DNA of 64,000 nucleotides from Anaerolineales bacterium (GTDB lineage Bacteria; Chloroflexota; Anaerolineae; Anaerolineales; Villigracilaceae): NCBI GenBank assembly GCA_034436335.1, contig DAOTVO010000025.1, positions 28,921 to 92,920 of the forward strand, read 5' to 3'. Shown piece by piece: positions 60,964 to 64,000 of this stretch (position 1 is its first letter; each line of letters starts with the position of its first letter). The notes under the pieces were generated by a model. It saw only the letters and a program-made list of their open reading frames with translations, ran no database searches and was not told where the DNA came from. The position numbers and the translations under genes were made by a program.

Positions 60964-61998
60964 TTATTGCCCCAAGTTGCGGGAAAAGATGAATTGCGGC
61001 TTGGGCTGCCAGATGGGACGCGTCTTGGCTCTTTCCAGGCGCGGGCGGTTCAGCAAATCCTGGCAGATGGCCGCAATGCGCTGCGCCGACCGGCCGCCGT
61101 TTTGCAGCGGCAGCAATCTTCTCAATTCGTCCAGATTCAGGTAGGAGTGCGTTTTTTTGCCGAGCAGGAGACCGGCAAAGGTGACCGTGGAGTATTGGGT
61201 GATCAGCACGTCGCAATTGGCGATCATGGGATAGATGTTGCCGTCTGTGAAAATCTGCGCTTCTGGCAGGATACGTTGGATTTCGCTAACGGCCCGCCGG
61301 CGGTTTTCGTTGGGATGCAGTTTGATCAGAATAGGCCGTCCGGCGGCAATTTTCCTGACCTGGTGCAGAAAGACGATGCGGGCATCGCGCTTGAAGGTTT
61401 CGCGCGCGCAGGAGGTGGCGACCAGCACATAGCCCTGCAGAGGAAAATCGTTGTCGCGGAACGATTCGAAATTGTCAAGATTCGGCACGCCCGTGACGGC
61501 GATTTTGTGCGGCTTGACCCCTTTGCGGATGAACAAGTCGCGATACCCCTCGGAGGCAACGCAAAAGGTCTCGTAGCAGTCCGAAAGTCCGGTCGCCGCT
61601 GTGTTGGCCAGATAACGCGGGAATTTGAGATACTTGACCAGGGCGAAGGTCCAGTCTTCCGGTTCCATGATGCCTTCCTGCACCAGAACGACCGGCGCAG
61701 TGCGCAGGATGTTTTGCGTAATCAGGTCGGTGCAGGTGACGATCAGGTCATAGCGCCGGCTCTTTCCCCCTTCGTCTATCGGCAAGTTATTTTCCTGCAA
61801 GTAACGCAGCGTCTCGCGGCGATGCCGTCCGCCTAGAATGGTGAAATCGAGCAGGCCGGCCTTGGCCAGCAAGCCAAGCAGGCCATCGGCGAAGAAAGGG
61901 GTAAAGTAGGCAGTACACCCCTCCAGCCGTTGGGCAATCTGGTGCATCATGGTCGTTTGGTTGAGCGAGCCACCGATAAAGAGGACGTTGCGACTCAT
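60964..61998 (-). CDS. Rossmann-pair (GT-B-like) glycosyl- or phosphotransferase-like protein, family unassigned
   Basis: 344-aa ORF with good coding character. The layout resembles capsule/teichoic-type transferases, but no diagnostic motif was recognised. Confidence 0.5.
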   Translation of the reverse strand: MSRNVLFIGGSLNQTTMMHQIAQRLEGCTAYFTPFFADGLLGLLAKAGLLDFTILGGRHRRETLRYLQENNLPIDEGGKSRRYDLIVTCTDLITQNILRTAPVVLVQEGIMEPEDWTFALVKYLKFPRYLANTAATGLSDCYETFCVASEGYRDLFIRKGVKPHKIAVTGVPNLDNFESFRDNDFPLQGYVLVATSCARETFKRDARIVFLHQVRKIAAGRPILIKLHPNENRRRAVSEIQRILPEAQIFTDGNIYPMIANCDVLITQYSTVTFAGLLLGKKTHSYLNLDELRRLLPLQNGGRSAQRIAAICQDLLNRPRLERAKTRPIWQPKPQFIFSRNLGQ

Positions 61999-62016
61999 TA
62001 TGCTTATGCTCCAAGT

Positions 62017-62763
62017 CTAGATGACGAGCCCGGCTCGTCCCAGGCGCATCGGTTGGCGGGGATGAGGCGTCCACAGCACCAGACCGGCTTTCTTCAACAG
62101 AAAAGAGCGCAGCCAAACCGGCGCCACCAGCGAGGGCGTGGCGCGGCGACAGACGATGGCGCGCGTTTGATGGGCTTCCAACGCCCGGCGCAAGTCCGCC
62201 GCGGTCGTCCCCTCGAATTCAGTCATGCCAAAGCCGATGGTCTCCAGAATGTGTGAATCGCTATTGGCAACCTGCGCCACTGGCAGCGAGCGGGCCAAGG
62301 CGCTGGCTAGAAGGTTGCTGCTTTGGTGAAACAAGCCGGCGTTGACGGCCTCGATTCCCACCAGCGTCTGGGCGACGTCCGGGAATTGTAAGGCCTGGCG
62401 AATGGATTCCCCCGAAAGGCTGGAGGAACCGTTTGCCATCGGATGAGCGGCAATGCAGAGACCGCCGAGTTTCCCAACGTGGCGCACCGTTTCGACGAGC
62501 GACATCCCGGTTGGGATTTTCTCACGAATAAACAGCGCCAGGAGATGTCCTTCGGCCGTCGAAACCTCGCTGCCGACAATGACCTCGATCCCATAACGAT
62601 GAGCGACTTTCTCCGCCTGCAACGCGCCCTTAATTTCATCGTGATCGGTAATGGCAATCACGTTCAACGGTGTCTTCGAGACGGCGTAATTCAGAATGGC
62701 AGAAATCGTTGCCGTTCCGTCCCAACTGTGAATCGAATGAATATGCAAGTCAGCAAAACCCAT
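62017..62763 (-). CDS. PHP-domain metal-dependent phosphoesterase
   Basis: ADLHIHSIHSWDG...ITDHD...AAHP motifs. Confidence 0.85.
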   Translation of the reverse strand: MGFADLHIHSIHSWDGTATISAILNYAVSKTPLNVIAITDHDEIKGALQAEKVAHRYGIEVIVGSEVSTAEGHLLALFIREKIPTGMSLVETVRHVGKLGGLCIAAHPMANGSSSLSGESIRQALQFPDVAQTLVGIEAVNAGLFHQSSNLLASALARSLPVAQVANSDSHILETIGFGMTEFEGTTAADLRRALEAHQTRAIVCRRATPSLVAPVWLRSFLLKKAGLVLWTPHPRQPMRLGRAGLVI

Positions 62764-62925
62764 ATCGTCTTTAAACTCCTATGGCCAAACTATAACCGCT
62801 GGTTTTTAAGGGCATGTTAAGCGCATGTTTAAGTTGTGTTCGCGTTCGATGATGCCGACTTTGAGACCCGCCTGAGCAAATGCCTGCGGCGCCGATTTGT
62901 TTACAAGACATTAACTTACCCTAAC

Positions 62926-62953
62926 TTGCGCGAATTTTCTCAAGCGTTATAAT
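62926..62953 (+). promoter_or_regulatory. candidate sigma70 promoter TTGCGC-16-TATAAT
   Basis: Located in the 320-bp divergent spacer, about 135 nt upstream of the acyltransferase ATG. Coordinates accurate to about +/-1. Confidence 0.4.
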
Positions 62954-63085
62954 GAAATGGGTTTTATCTGCAATCCTCTTTACCGCCAAGACGCCACAGC
63001 GCCAATCTGATTTGGAATTCGCCAAGGGCTCTTCTTGACGGATTCAGGAAGATCCTTGACGTTCTTTGCGTCCTGGTGACTGCCT

Positions 63086-63940
63086 ATGAACGAACACGAA
63101 CTGAGCCAGAAATTACTCGCAGAAGTGTTCAAAGCCCTTGGGTGGGACGCAGGTCATCCCTTGCACGCGCCGTTGTCGCCGTTCTTTGCGCTCGCCTGCC
63201 GCCGCTTCGCCCAGATTGCCGTCCGTTTTGACCGGGATGTCGCCGAGTGTGGATTCCGCGAAGCAGCCCGGCGGCTCTTGCCGCGCTTCGTGCGTGAGAT
63301 TCAAATCCGCGGCGCGGAAGACGTCCCCGCCGAGGGGCCGCTGCTGGTCGTCTCGAACCATCCCGGCACGATTGACGGACTGGCGATTGCCGGCCATCTG
63401 CCTCGTTCTGACCTGAAAATCGTCGTTTCGGGCGTGCCGTTCATCCGTCAGTTGCGCGCCAGCGCCAAGCACCTGATTTATTCCAGTTTGGATACCTTCG
63501 AGCGCATGAGGGTTGTGCGGGAGTCGATTCGTCACCTGGAAGACGGCGGGGCGGTGCTGCTCTTTCCGAGCGGCGGCCTGGACCCCGACCCGGCGGTGAT
63601 GCCGGGCGCGCTCGAAGAGTTAGAAAACTGGTCGCCCAGCCTGGAGGTCATCCTGCGCCGCGTCCCCTCGGCGCGCGTCCTGATTACCTTCGTCAGCGGC
63701 GTCCTGCATCCGCTCTGGGCGCGCAGTCCACTCATCCGCTTGCGAAGCGGACGGCGCAATCAGCAGCGCGTGGCCGAGTTCTTCCAGGTCATTCAGCAAA
63801 CGCTCTTTGCGGGGCAGTTGCTCGTCAGCCCTTCGATACGCTTTGCCCGCCCGCTCCAATTTGCCCCCCGCCGCGAAACGCCCGTCCTGCCGTCCCTGAT
63901 TGCGGCGGCCAGAGAGCACTTCAGGCGAGTTCAAGGATGA
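63086..63940 (+). CDS. lysophospholipid (1-acyl-sn-glycerol-3-phosphate) acyltransferase family protein
   Basis: HX4D motif NHPGTIDG and FPSGG block. Confidence 0.8.
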   Translation: MNEHELSQKLLAEVFKALGWDAGHPLHAPLSPFFALACRRFAQIAVRFDRDVAECGFREAARRLLPRFVREIQIRGAEDVPAEGPLLVVSNHPGTIDGLAIAGHLPRSDLKIVVSGVPFIRQLRASAKHLIYSSLDTFERMRVVRESIRHLEDGGAVLLFPSGGLDPDPAVMPGALEELENWSPSLEVILRRVPSARVLITFVSGVLHPLWARSPLIRLRSGRRNQQRVAEFFQVIQQTLFAGQLLVSPSIRFARPLQFAPRRETPVLPSLIAAAREHFRRVQG

Positions 63941-63945
63941 ATCCC

Positions 63946-64000
63946 ATGCCAAAATACAATTTCGTTCTCGTTTTGTTGGCCGCCTGTCTGGCGCTGACCG
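63946..64000 (+). CDS. start of an ORF with a signal/TM-like N-terminus (3' end outside window)
   Basis: ATG 63946, MPKYNFVLVLLAACLALT..., open to the window edge. Only 18 codons are visible. Confidence 0.3.
   Translation, partial: MPKYNFVLVLLAACLALT

Noticed and set aside
62790-62830. GCATGTTAAG / GCATGTTTAAG direct repeat in the PHP-acyltransferase divergent spacer, considered as another word-family member.
   Set aside because: There are only two copies and no similarity to the GTTCATC family, so it could be chance. It is noted but not scored.

Overview
This is a 64-kb stretch of a high-GC (about 62-65 %) bacterial chromosome. Gene content and the style of the intergenic repeats suggest a Chloroflexota/Anaerolineae-like organism, but that is inference only.

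Layout:
- 1-4.4 kb: the end of a GAF/HD-GYP signalling gene, an IS5-family element with a programmed -1 frameshift, and decayed gene remnants.
- 4.4-20.3 kb: a + strand glycan and rhamnose utilisation locus (GH130 and GH94 phosphorylases, an esterase, GH15-like, GH28-like, rhaB, rhaD, rhaA, a GH30 lipoprotein, a GH78 remnant). About half of these genes are visibly broken.
- 20.3-25.3 kb: comM, a large lipoprotein, nusB and asp23.
- 25.3-30.4 kb: a sharply lower-GC (about 42-47 %) five-gene island. It encodes a CxxC thioredoxin-fold protein, a secreted 8-Cys peptide, and an ABC transporter whose permease carries an apparently inactivated M1-peptidase-like ectodomain. This is the best candidate for an undescribed system.
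- 30.5-45 kb: housekeeping genes (DUF1461, spermidine-synthase-like, rplY, Nudix, trmI, S9 peptidase, csp, mnmA, a GxxExxY protein, cysteine desulfurase, ygiQ, a THUMP methyltransferase).
- 45-61 kb: a co-directional minus-strand cluster. It runs from a STAND-TPR-SARP regulator through an SDR, a KAS III paralogue lacking the His/Asn triad residues, a CoA-transferase, a lipocalin-like protein, an alpha/beta hydrolase and a thiolase+DUF35 pair to a Liv-type ABC importer.
- 61-64 kb: GT-like, PHP and PlsC-like genes.

The second striking feature is a family of short-word intergenic tandem repeats. The largest is a 22-unit array phased at 10/11 bp (GTTCATCTCYG, 40337-40564). Smaller copies, often inverted, sit in at least seven other spacers, and the word supplies the stop codons of three genes.

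No rRNA, tRNA or CRISPR array was seen. All functional calls rest on motifs recognised by eye; no searches were run.
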